A stretch of 64,000 nucleotides of DNA, from NCBI GenBank assembly GCA_963828165.1, contig CAWHDR010000001.1, forward strand, positions 1,632,001-1,696,000. Direction: 5' to 3'. Below the pieces are notes generated by a model, which ran no database searches, was not told the origin of the DNA, and saw only the letters and a list, made by a program, of their open reading frames with translations. Below, piece after piece: positions 10,530-19,919 of this stretch. The position numbers and the translations under genes are program-made. The number at the start of each line of letters is the position of its first letter. The stretch's first letter is position 1. This stretch comes from an uncultured Chloroflexia bacterium. GTDB taxonomy: Bacteria; Chloroflexota; Limnocylindria; Limnocylindrales; CSP1-4.

Positions 10530-11679
10530 CCGGCGGATCCCGCTGTCGGAGCCTTCGATCGGCGGGAACGCCGCCGCGTACCTCGAGGAGTGTCTCGCCA
10601 CCAACTTCGTCTCGTCGGTCGGCCCGTTCGTGGAGCGATTCGAGCGGTCCTTCGCGGCGGCCGTCGGGGCGCGCTTCGCTATCGCCTGTTCGAGCGGAAC
10701 GGCGGCGATCCACCTGGCGTTACGGGTTCTGGATGTCGGTCCGGGCGACGACGTCCTGGTGGCGGACCTCACGTTCGTGGCCTCGGTCAACCCCATCGCC
10801 TACGTCGGGGCGCGCCCGATCCTCGTTGACGCGGAAGCGGTGACCTACAACCAGGACCCGGCCCTGATCCTGGCGGAGCTCGATCGCCGCGCCGCGGCCG
10901 GTGAGCGCCAGCCCGCCGCGATCGAGCTCGTGCACCTCGTCGGGCATCCGGCCCCGATCGACGAGGTCGTCGCGGCCGCGGCGCGCCACGGCATCCCGAT
11001 CATCGAGGACGCATCGGAGGCGCTGGGGGCGCGCTACGCCGACGGCGGGCACGCTGGCCGGCACGTCGGCACGATCGGCCGGCTCGGCGCGTTCAGCTTC
11101 AACGGCAACAAGCTCATCACGACCGGCGGCGGCGGGATGATCGTCACCGACGACGAGGAGCTCGCCACACGGGCGCGCCACCTCTCGACGCAGGCTCGTC
11201 TGCCGGGTCTCGCCTACGACCATGACGAGGTCGGCTACAACTACCGTCTATCGAACCTCGCGGCGGCTCTCGGTCTGGCACAGCTCGAGGAGCTCGACCG
11301 GCTGCTCACGGCCCGCCGGGACATCGCGGCACGGTACGACGCGGCCATCGACGGGATCGAGGGGATCCGGACCGCCCCGCGAGCGAGCTGGGCGGATCCG
11401 TCCTTCTGGCTCTACTCGGCTGCGCTGGACGAACCCGATCCGGTCCGACGCGATGCGGTCATCGCCGCGCTCGCGGCGGACGGCATCGAGGCACGACCCA
11501 TCTGGCGTCCGATCCACGGGACCCGCCTCTACTCGGACACGGCCCGCCTCGGGGGCGAGGTCGCCGACCGGATCTTCGCGAGCGCCCTCTGCCTGCCCTC
11601 CTCGTCGTCGCTATCGCGTGACGATCAGGACCGCGTCATCGAGCGCCTCTCGGCCGCCCTCGCGGAGGTGCCGGTCTGA
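10516..11679 (+). CDS. legC: DegT/DnrJ/EryC1/StrS aminotransferase (LegC-like)
   Basis: FVSSVGPFV, SSGTAAIH, IEDASEALG, FSFNGNKLITTGGGG, GYNYRLSN, LPSS. Confidence 0.88.
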   Translation: MSRPDRRIPLSEPSIGGNAAAYLEECLATNFVSSVGPFVERFERSFAAAVGARFAIACSSGTAAIHLALRVLDVGPGDDVLVADLTFVASVNPIAYVGARPILVDAEAVTYNQDPALILAELDRRAAAGERQPAAIELVHLVGHPAPIDEVVAAAARHGIPIIEDASEALGARYADGGHAGRHVGTIGRLGAFSFNGNKLITTGGGGMIVTDDEELATRARHLSTQARLPGLAYDHDEVGYNYRLSNLAAALGLAQLEELDRLLTARRDIAARYDAAIDGIEGIRTAPRASWADPSFWLYSAALDEPDPVRRDAVIAALAADGIEARPIWRPIHGTRLYSDTARLGGEVADRIFASALCLPSSSSLSRDDQDRVIERLSAALAEVPV

Positions 11680-11770
11680 ACGGTCGGTGTATCATGCCGC
11701 GGCCCATGTCAAGGATCCGGCGTCTCTTCGACGTCGGTCCATCACGCTGCCACAGGACCCAGACCAGCAG

Positions 11771-13510
11771 ATGACCTTTCGAGCCAAGCCGGTCGTCAAA
11801 CGCGCCCAGAAGCCTTCCTGGGAAAGCCGCGACCGCAAGAACTTCTACCTCAACCTCGGCTTCGGCATCGTGGTTGCCGCGGCCGTGCTCATCCTCGCCG
11901 TGGCGGTGGCCCTGACCTATTACAACGACCACCTGGTGCCAGTCGGAAGCGTGGCCGGCCAGTCGATCTCCAAGGATGAGCTTCGTGAACGGGTGGTCAT
12001 CGAGCAGTGGCGACTCTCGCAGGTCACGAGCCGGATCGCGACCCAGAAGGCCTCGGGCCGCCTCTCCGCGGCACAGGCGGAGCAGCAGACGCAGCTCGTG
12101 GACCAGCAACGCCAGCAGCTACCCGCGATCTCGCTGGAGCGCATCATCGACAGCCGGATCCAGGCTGACCTCGCGACCACCGAGGGAATCACCGTCGCCG
12201 AGACCGACGTCGACGCGCGGCTCCTCGAGGAAGCGACGACCCCCGAGACGCGCCACGCCTGGGTCATCGAGGTCGCGCCAGAGCTCGACGCCGACGCGAC
12301 CGAGCCGACCGCCGCGCAGATCGCGGCGGCGCGCACGAAGATCGACACGGCATTGCGTGATGTGGGCGGGAGCAAGACCTGGGAAGACGTTGCGAAGACG
12401 GTTTCCACGGACGCATCCACCGCGGCGCAGGGCGGCGACCTGGGCTGGATCCAGGCCGAGTCCAGCCAGGAGGACGAGGCATTTGCCGACGCGCTCTTCG
12501 CCGCCGAGATCGATACCCCGACAGCCGTCGTCGAAGGGGAGGACGGGATCCTGCGCATCGGTCGCGTCACCGAGATCGATCCCGAGACCGTCGACGACCT
12601 GTACACCGAGAAGCTCGTCAACGACGGCGTCGAGCTCGCCAAGTACCGCACTGTCGTCCGGTCGGACGCGATCCGCGAGAAGCTCGAGGAAAAGGTCGTC
12701 GCGGACGCCACGAAGCCCGGTCCCCAGCGTGAGGTCAGCCAGATCTACCTCAGCAAGGAGACCGCGGATCTGCCCGACGAGGCCGTGAAGGTCCGCCACA
12801 TCCTGTACTCGCCCAAGGACGATCCGGAAGGCGCCCAGGGCGGCACGATCCCGGCCAATGACCCTTCGTGGGCGAAGGCCAAGGCCGATGCCGACGCCGC
12901 GTACGCGAAGCTCCAGGCGGACCCCTCGCAGTTCGACACGATCGCCCGAGCCGAGAGCGACGAGGAGAGTGCCCTTGGCCCGACAGGGTCGGGCGGCGAG
13001 CTCGGTGCGTACGTCAGCGCGGACAGCAGTTACGTCCCGTCGTTTTCGGGACCGATCCTCGCGGCCAAGCCGGCTGACGGCCAGATCCTCATCCCGATCA
13101 GGACCGAGTTCGGGTACCACATCGTCCAGGTCCTCAATCACGCGCCGGACCTCGCCAAGCTCAAAGCGCAGGCGGACGGTGGCGCCGACTTCGCGAAGCT
13201 CGCTCGCGACTTCTCGGAGAGCGCGGAGGCGAGCCGCGGCGGGAATCTCGGCTGGATCGCCCCCGGGCAGCTCGAAAAGGACCTCGGGACGGCCATCTTC
13301 GCGACCGCGATCGGCAAGATCTCGGATGTCGTCACGATCGCGGAGGACGGGAGCTATCTGTTCAAGATCACGAAGGAAGAAGAGCGGACGCCCGAAGGGC
13401 GCCAGCTCGAGGAGATCCGCGTCAGGGCGTTCGCCGACTGGTACCAGCCCAAGAAAGACGCGGTCGCGGTCGAGCGGGACCCGAGCATCCTGAACCCCAC
13501 GGCCGGCTAG
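11771..13510 (+). CDS. Membrane-anchored parvulin-type peptidyl-prolyl isomerase (PrsA/SurA-like)
   Basis: N-terminal TM helix, repeated GGDLGW/GGELG/GGNLGW rotamase motifs, VRHIL, FGYHIV. Confidence 0.88.
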   Translation: MTFRAKPVVKRAQKPSWESRDRKNFYLNLGFGIVVAAAVLILAVAVALTYYNDHLVPVGSVAGQSISKDELRERVVIEQWRLSQVTSRIATQKASGRLSAAQAEQQTQLVDQQRQQLPAISLERIIDSRIQADLATTEGITVAETDVDARLLEEATTPETRHAWVIEVAPELDADATEPTAAQIAAARTKIDTALRDVGGSKTWEDVAKTVSTDASTAAQGGDLGWIQAESSQEDEAFADALFAAEIDTPTAVVEGEDGILRIGRVTEIDPETVDDLYTEKLVNDGVELAKYRTVVRSDAIREKLEEKVVADATKPGPQREVSQIYLSKETADLPDEAVKVRHILYSPKDDPEGAQGGTIPANDPSWAKAKADADAAYAKLQADPSQFDTIARAESDEESALGPTGSGGELGAYVSADSSYVPSFSGPILAAKPADGQILIPIRTEFGYHIVQVLNHAPDLAKLKAQADGGADFAKLARDFSESAEASRGGNLGWIAPGQLEKDLGTAIFATAIGKISDVVTIAEDGSYLFKITKEEERTPEGRQLEEIRVRAFADWYQPKKDAVAVERDPSILNPTAG

Positions 13511-13520
13511 GCACCGCGCC

Positions 13521-14723
13521 GTGCTCGACGCGCTCGTGACGGAGGCGCGACTCCGGTTCGGACTCGATCCGGCGGCCGGCCTCCAGGTCATCGCGTCCGA
13601 GTGGCTCATCGCCACGCCGTTCGAGGCTTCCCGGCCGGTCCTGATCGTGCCGCTCGCGCTGCTGGGGCCGAGCAGCGACCCCGCGACCTCGGTGACGCCT
13701 GCCCCGTTGCCGGGTCGTCATGGGCCGCTCGGCCGCGCCCCCCTCGATGTCCTGGCCCGCGCCTACCCCACAGACCACGCAGTGGGCCGGTTCGGGACCG
13801 CGACCCCGACGCGGGTCGGCGACCTGCGCGACGAGGACCTCGGGACGCCGCTCTATCTCACCCCCGTGCCCGTGGAGGCTGCGGTCGCGGGTCCGTGGGC
13901 GATGCCCGCGATCAGCGCCCGCTTGCGAGCCCCCGGCGGTTGCCCGTGGGACCAGGAGCAGACCCACGCCTCATTGCGCAAGCACCTGCTCGAGGAGGCG
14001 TACGAGGTGTACGACGCGCTCGAATCGGGCGCGACGCCCGCGCTGGCCGGCGAGCTCGGCGACCTGCTCCTCCAGGTCGTGCTCCACGCCCAGCTGGCCG
14101 CCGAAGCCGGCGTCTTCGACCTGACAGATGTCCAGGCGGCCATCGCGGCCAAGATCGTGCGCCGTCATCCCCACGTATTCGGCGACGCTGAGGCGCGGAC
14201 CGCATCGGATGTGAACCGGCAATGGGAACGGATCAAGGCGGACGAGCGCGCGGAGGCCGAAGCCGCGGAGGCCGACGTCGCGGAGCCGGGCGATCCGGCA
14301 GGCCCGCCGACACCGCCGCGCGGCGCGCTCGATGGCATCTCGGCGTCGCTCCCGGCCCTCGCCGCCAGTCAGGAGATGCAGGAGCGAGCCGCGAACCTGG
14401 GCTACGATTGGCCGTCGCTCGAAGGCGTGCTCGACAAGGTCGTCGAGGAGACCAACGAGCTGCGTGAGGCCGCGGACGCTCCCGACCCTGCGGCCTGGGT
14501 CGAGGAGTTCGGTGACCTGCTGTTCGTCCTCGTCAACGTCGCCCGCAAGCGTGGCGTCGAGGCCGAAGCGGCCGTCCGTGCCGCCAACGCCAAGTTCCGG
14601 CGACGCTTCGCCAGTGTGGAGCGCCGGGCCGCCGATCGCGGGGTCGCCTTGCGCGACCTCGACTTCGCCGCCCTCGATGAGCTCTGGGATGCCGCCAAGG
14701 CGGAAGAGAGGATCACGTCATGA
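13521..14723 (+). CDS. mazG: Nucleoside triphosphate pyrophosphohydrolase MazG (YabN-like, reduced N-terminal domain)
   Basis: [36 protein letters not shown]; second MazG domain EEFGDLLF. Confidence 0.92.
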   Translation: MLDALVTEARLRFGLDPAAGLQVIASEWLIATPFEASRPVLIVPLALLGPSSDPATSVTPAPLPGRHGPLGRAPLDVLARAYPTDHAVGRFGTATPTRVGDLRDEDLGTPLYLTPVPVEAAVAGPWAMPAISARLRAPGGCPWDQEQTHASLRKHLLEEAYEVYDALESGATPALAGELGDLLLQVVLHAQLAAEAGVFDLTDVQAAIAAKIVRRHPHVFGDAEARTASDVNRQWERIKADERAEAEAAEADVAEPGDPAGPPTPPRGALDGISASLPALAASQEMQERAANLGYDWPSLEGVLDKVVEETNELREAADAPDPAAWVEEFGDLLFVLVNVARKRGVEAEAAVRAANAKFRRRFASVERRAADRGVALRDLDFAALDELWDAAKAEERITS

Positions 14724-15457
14724 CCATCGGCAACCGCCCGCCCAGTGCCCGCGCCGACGGGCGCGGCTTGCGCGACCTCCGCCCGATCAGCTTCCAGCTC
14801 GGCGTCCAGAAGTGGGCCGAGGGGTCGTGCCTGGTCCGGTTCGGCGACACCCAGGTGCTGTGCGCCGCCACGATCGCCGACCGTGTGCCGCCGCATCTCC
14901 GCGGCAAGGGCACGGGCTGGGTGACGGCCGAGTATTCGATGCTGCCGCGGGCCACGGCCGAGCGAACGGACCGCGAGTCGGCCAAGGGCCGGATCGGTGG
15001 ACGGACCCACGAGATCCAACGGCTGATCGGACGCTCCCTGCGTGGCGTCGTCGACCTCGGCCGGCTTGGCGAGCGGACGATCACCGTGGACTGCGACGTC
15101 CTCCAGGCGGATGGCGGCACCCGCACCGCCTCGATCACGGGTGGCTACGTCGCGCTCGGCGCGGCGCTCATCACCTACGGGATGGAGCGACACCTGACCT
15201 CGCGGGTGGCGGCAGTGTCCGTCGGGATCGTCAACGGGCTGGCGCATCTGGACCTCGACTACAGCGAGGACTCCAGCGCCGAGGTCGACTTCAACGTCGT
15301 CGGCACGGACGCGGGCACGTACGTCGAGCTGCAGGGCACGGCCGAAGGCAAGCCCTTCGACCGCGCATCGGCGACCGAGATGCTCGACCTCGCCGACGAG
15401 GGCCTGGGCAAGCTGTTCGCGGCCCAGGCCGAGGTCCTCGCGACCGTCCGGCGTTGA
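14720..15457 (+). CDS. rph: Ribonuclease PH
   Basis: [53 protein letters not shown]. Confidence 0.97.
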   Translation: MTIGNRPPSARADGRGLRDLRPISFQLGVQKWAEGSCLVRFGDTQVLCAATIADRVPPHLRGKGTGWVTAEYSMLPRATAERTDRESAKGRIGGRTHEIQRLIGRSLRGVVDLGRLGERTITVDCDVLQADGGTRTASITGGYVALGAALITYGMERHLTSRVAAVSVGIVNGLAHLDLDYSEDSSAEVDFNVVGTDAGTYVELQGTAEGKPFDRASATEMLDLADEGLGKLFAAQAEVLATVRR

Positions 15458-15529
15458 ATCCTCCGGCCGATGGCTAGCGGCAGCGTCGCCTCGAATCCTC
15501 CGGCCGATGGCTAGCGGCAGCGTCGCCTC
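15456..15529. repeat. Perfect 37-bp tandem duplication between rph and rdgB
   Basis: GAATCCTCCGGCCGATGGCTAGCGGCAGCGTCGCCTC at 15456-15492 and again at 15493-15529. Confidence 0.95.
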
Positions 15530-15545
15530 GGCCGTCGGAGGGGTC

Positions 15546-16172
15546 ATGCCGCGGCTCGTCATCGCGACGCACTCCGAGCACAAGCTGCGCGAGCTCCGCG
15601 AGTTGCTCCACCTCGACGGGGCCGAGCTCGTCTCGCTCGACGATCTCGGGGTGGAGGGCGAGCCGATCGAGGACGGCGAGACGTTCGAGACCAACGCCGC
15701 GATCAAGGCCCGCTTCGCCGTCCGTGCGACGGGGCTGCCGGTCCTCGCCGACGACTCCGGTCTGGAGGTCGACGCCCTGGGTGGTGGGCCAGGCGTCCGG
15801 ACACGGCGGTATGCGGGCGAGGCAGCCACGGATGCGGACAACAACGCGAAGCTGCTCGCCGCGCTCGATGGCCTGCCTCCTGAGCGGCGCGGGGCGCGCT
15901 ACGTATGCGTGCTCGCGTTGGCGATCCCCGGGGACGCGGGGCCGCGCGGCGGTCAGCATGTGGCCTTCGCGCGAGGCACGTGTCGCGGTCGGATCGCGCT
16001 CGCACCGCGCGGGACGGGCGGGTTCGGCTACGACCCGATCTTCGAACCGGACGTCGAGCCCCCGGGCGGGCGGACCCTCGGGCTGTGGACCCCGGCCGAG
16101 AAGAACGCCATCTCGCACCGGGCGCGAGCGGCCCGCCGCATGGCCGTTCGGCTGACGGCGCTCGGGTTCTGA
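15546..16172 (+). CDS. rdgB: Non-canonical purine NTP pyrophosphatase (RdgB/HAM1)
   Basis: ADDSGLEVDAL.G.PG, GFGYDPIF, KNAISHRARA; SD GGAGGGG before ATG 15546; classic rph-rdgB pairing. Confidence 0.95.
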   Translation: MPRLVIATHSEHKLRELRELLHLDGAELVSLDDLGVEGEPIEDGETFETNAAIKARFAVRATGLPVLADDSGLEVDALGGGPGVRTRRYAGEAATDADNNAKLLAALDGLPPERRGARYVCVLALAIPGDAGPRGGQHVAFARGTCRGRIALAPRGTGGFGYDPIFEPDVEPPGGRTLGLWTPAEKNAISHRARAARRMAVRLTALGF

Positions 16173-16186
16173 CGGGCGCAGGGCGC

Positions 16187-16214
16187 CGGGCGGCTGACAG
16201 GGCCAAGCCGCCCG
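16187..16214. terminator. Hairpin between convergent rdgB and LCP genes
   Basis: CGGGCGGCT / AGCCGCCCG inverted repeat. Confidence 0.5.
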
Positions 16215-16232
16215 CCGGCCCGCTCGACCTGC

Positions 16233-17563
16233 CTAGGGCTCGGTCGTCGGTTCCGGGGTCGGCCAGGGGATGGGCTCGACGCCAGGCTCGGGGAAGAGCC
16301 GCTCGGCGACGTCGCGGATCGCCGCGAGGTCGGGCTGGAGCGACGATCCGTAGCGGGTGTCGACCGATCGCACCAGGGGGTGGCGGATGATCGATCGCGT
16401 GACCGCGTCGTCGTCGATCTCATCCATGAGCGCCGCGAGCTGCGGAAGCCTGGCCGGTGGCAGGTCGGTCCGCACCGCGTCGCCCACCGCGTCCATGAGT
16501 CCCGGCAGCTCCCACAGCACGGAACCGTCCTGCGTGACCGCATCCCGCAGGGCGACGAGGACCTGCTGCTGGCGGATGGCCCTCGTGAAGTCGCTGTCAC
16601 CGAGGCCCTTGCGGGAGCGGACGTAGGCCAGCGCGGTCTTGCCGTCGAGATGGTGGGGTCCGACGCCGATGGAGAAGCCGACGTTGTCGTATTCCGGGTC
16701 GTCGATCGGCTGCGTGACCTCGATGTCGACGCCCCCGACCGAATCGATCATGTCGCGGAAGCCGTACAGATCGATCTCCGCGTCGTAGTGGATCTCGATA
16801 CCGAGCAGCGCGCCGATGGCGTCTCGAAGCGCCTGCATGCCGCCACCGGGGAATTCGTCGGGGTGGCCGTCGGCGTACGCGACGAGCGAGTTGAGCTTCG
16901 GCCCGTAGCGGTCGCCGTTGCCGAGCGGGACATCGATCAGGTCGCGCGGGACCGAGACCATGCTGATCGTCCGGCCGACCGGGTCGATCGAAGCGACGAT
17001 CATCGTATCGGTGAGGTTGGTCTTCCGGGTCGGACTGCGGTCGACCCCGACCAGCAGCACGCTCAGCCGCTCGTCGTTCCCCGGCCCGCCGCGGGTGGCG
17101 GCCCGTCAGCCGGGTCGTCCGGAGGCTCGAAGATCCGGGCGAACGTGTCGCGGAAGACGGTCCCGTACTGGTAGACGAGGACGTGCGGGACCGCGACGAA
17201 CAGCACGATGGCGGCCAAGCCCACGAGACCCACGCGTCCCGTCGGACCGCGGTTGCTGGTGTCGAGGAACGCCTGGCCGACGGCGAGCAGCCGCCAGCCT
17301 AGGAGCAGGAGGTTGATGGTCAGGAGTGTCGCCAGGATGGGCGGGGACACGACGAAGGCAGCCAGCCGCGTGAGCGACTGCGTCGAATACAGGAGGAAGC
17401 CCAGGAGCAGGAGCACGAGCGACGGGATCATGAACAGCGCCGCGAGGCGGGACCGCCGGTTGAGCGCCTGACCGAGGCCCGGGAGCACCGCCGAAAGACC
17501 TGCCGCGGCGAGGCGGCGGCGGTCGATATGTCCGGTTTCCGGCCGGACGCGGCGGGCGTGCAC
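16233..17563 (-). CDS. LCP (LytR-CpsA-Psr) family protein with N-terminal TM domain; single frameshift near 17090
   Basis: TM ORF 17063-17563 joins by a one-base shift to ..NDERLSVLLVGVD..LTDTMIVASID..SVPRDL..ALAYVRSR..SDFTRAIRQQ. Confidence 0.85.
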
Positions 17564-17747
17564 GACGGGCGATGTTCCTCGATTCGGTGGGTGGTCGGTC
17601 CGCGGCGGAGTCTACCCGGAAGCGGACGTGGGGACGCCGGGCGATCGATCAGCCTGCCATGACCGCCCGGCGTCTTGTCCTGTGACGCACTCGGGCCCGC
17701 GAGCGTGACGCGCTACCCTTCGGTTGCCAGAACGCACCCGAATTCGC

Positions 17748-17786
17748 TAGGACGATAGTCCTATCTCGACGCGGCAGAGGTATCCT
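17748..17786 (+). promoter_or_regulatory. Palindromic operator TAGGAC-N4-GTCCTA over the -35 position, with -10 TATCCT, upstream of cpaF
   Basis: Perfect 6-4-6 inverted repeat at 17748-17763; TATCCT at 17781-17786, 17 bp downstream. Confidence 0.55.
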
Positions 17787-17890
17787 CGCCGAGCGGGCCT
17801 GCTCATGCGGCTCGGCGAGGATCGAAAACGGGGGCCCGGACCAGCACTCATCCGGGAGCGACTCGTAGGCCGGACAGGGGAACACACGTC

Positions 17891-19705
17891 ATGTCGTTGA
17901 TCCAGCGTGTCGAGCGGGCACAACAGCAGCGCTTGGAGACCGCCGAGGCCAAGGTGGCCGTACCGGTCGTCCCTCCGCCTCCGGTCGCGGTCCCGATCAG
18001 CTCGGAACGACGCGCGGCTCGAGAGGAGCTGCTGCACGAGATCAGGCTCCGCCTGCAGACCGAGGTCATGAGCGCCTTCGACACGCTCCTCGACCTCGCC
18101 AATCCGGACGAGCTCCGCGCCAAGGTCACGGCGATCGTCGAACGCGTCGTGACCGCGGACGGGTACGCGGTGACCCGTGACGAGAAGGCACACCTGATCG
18201 AGGAGCTGATCGGGGAGGTCGGCGGGCTCGGTCCGCTCGATCCGCTGCTGCTCGACGAGACGATCACGGAGATCATGGTCAACGGGCCAAGCCACGTGTA
18301 CGTCGAGCGGGCGGGCAAGATCCAGCGAGTCGACAGCTACTTCCTGAACGACGAGCACGTCCTGCGCGTCATCGACCGGATCATCACGCCGCTGGGACGG
18401 CGCATCGATGCGACGAGCCCCAGGGTCGACGCACGCCTGGCGGACGGCTCCCGCGTGAATGCCGTCATCGAACCGCTCTCGCTGGTCGGACCGGTGATCA
18501 CGGTCCGAAAGTTCCCGGCCAAGCCAGTCACCGTGGACGACCTCATCCGGTTCGGCACGGCAACGCCCGAGATGTTCGACTTCCTGAACGCCTGCGTGCG
18601 GGCACGGCTGAACGTCTTCGTATCCGGCGGCACGGGCTCGGGCAAGACGACGACCCTCAACGTCCTGTCCTCGTTCATCCCCGAGGACGAACGGATCGTC
18701 ACGATCGAGGACGCCGCCGAGCTGCAGCTCCGCCAGGTGCATGTCGTCACGCTCGAATCACGCCCGCCGAACATCGAGGGCACGGGCGAGATCACCATCC
18801 GGGACCTGTTGCGCAACGCCCTGCACATGCGCCCCGACCGCATCATCGTCGGGGAGTGCCGCGCAGGCGAGGCGCTCGACATGCTCCAGGCGATGACGAC
18901 CGGCCAGGATGGCTCGTTGTCGACCGGTCACGCGAACACCTCCGCGGACATGCTCCGCCGGCTCGAGACCATGGTCCTCATGACCGGCTATGAGCTGCCG
19001 CTCCGCGCGATCCGCGAGCAGATCGCCTCTGCCGTCGACCTCATCGTCCATACGGCCCGCCTCAAGGATGGCTCGCGCAAGATCGTCAACATCACCGAGG
19101 TGCTCGGGATCGAGGATGACGAGATCCTGATGCAGGACATCTTCGCGTTCGAGCAGACCGGCATCTCGGAAGGCAAGGTCGAGGGGCTGCTCAAGCCGAC
19201 CGGCGTCCGGCCGACCTTCATGGGCAAGTTCAAGCAGAGCGGGATCGATATGCCCGCCGACGAATTCGGCATCCCGCCCGAAGACCCCGATCACCCGGAT
19301 GCGACCCGCTCGCGGAAGGGCCGCTGGGTTGGCGGCGAAGCGGTCGACGTGGTCCGCCCGTCCGTCGGCCAGGGTCGTGCGGTCACGGCCGGCGGCATGG
19401 TCTATGTCTCGTCGATCGGGCCCGTCGATCCGGAGACCGGTCAGGTCGTCAGCAGCCAGATCAAGGAGCAGACACGCCAGTGCCTGCAGAACCTCAAGGC
19501 CAAGCTGGAAGCCTCCGGGAGCTCCCTCGAGCAGGTCGTGTGGGCGAACTGGTCGCTGCGCGATCCCGCGGAGTTCGACACGTTCAATCAGGAGTGGGTC
19601 CGCTGGTTCCCGGGTGACGCGCCGATCGGCCAGGGCACGCTGATGCCCACGCAGCACAAGCGCGCCGGCTTCCGGGTCTCGATCGGGGTCATCGCCGAGG
19701 CCTGA
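17891..19705 (+). CDS. CpaF/TadA secretion ATPase fused to a C-terminal Rid (RidA/YjgF-like) domain
   Basis: GGTGSGKTT, TIEDAAEL, MRPDRIIVGECR; C-terminal AVTAGGMVYVSS.GPVDPETG...IKEQTRQCLQNLKAKLEASGSSLEQVV...FDTFN is Rid-fold. Confidence 0.9.
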   Translation: MSLIQRVERAQQQRLETAEAKVAVPVVPPPPVAVPISSERRAAREELLHEIRLRLQTEVMSAFDTLLDLANPDELRAKVTAIVERVVTADGYAVTRDEKAHLIEELIGEVGGLGPLDPLLLDETITEIMVNGPSHVYVERAGKIQRVDSYFLNDEHVLRVIDRIITPLGRRIDATSPRVDARLADGSRVNAVIEPLSLVGPVITVRKFPAKPVTVDDLIRFGTATPEMFDFLNACVRARLNVFVSGGTGSGKTTTLNVLSSFIPEDERIVTIEDAAELQLRQVHVVTLESRPPNIEGTGEITIRDLLRNALHMRPDRIIVGECRAGEALDMLQAMTTGQDGSLSTGHANTSADMLRRLETMVLMTGYELPLRAIREQIASAVDLIVHTARLKDGSRKIVNITEVLGIEDDEILMQDIFAFEQTGISEGKVEGLLKPTGVRPTFMGKFKQSGIDMPADEFGIPPEDPDHPDATRSRKGRWVGGEAVDVVRPSVGQGRAVTAGGMVYVSSIGPVDPETGQVVSSQIKEQTRQCLQNLKAKLEASGSSLEQVVWANWSLRDPAEFDTFNQEWVRWFPGDAPIGQGTLMPTQHKRAGFRVSIGVIAEA

Positions 19706-19919
19706 CCGAGGGTTCGCATCCCGGGAACCAGATTTCTACGGCCACGGCATCGTGGACGCCAATGCCACGGTGACCGAAACCTTCGAGTTCCCGGAGTAGA
19801 TCATCCTGCCGGTTCGACCGCCGGGCGCCGGCGGTCGAGAGGCTTCCAACCGAGCAGGTCCTACTGAGGCGCCCAGGAACACGCCGCGACGCGCCGGCCA
19901 CGGCCGGCGCTTCTTGATA

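Noticed and set aside
11706-11774. 22-codon uORF whose stop overlaps the PPIase ATG
   Set aside because: No informative codon bias or associated terminator; likely chance
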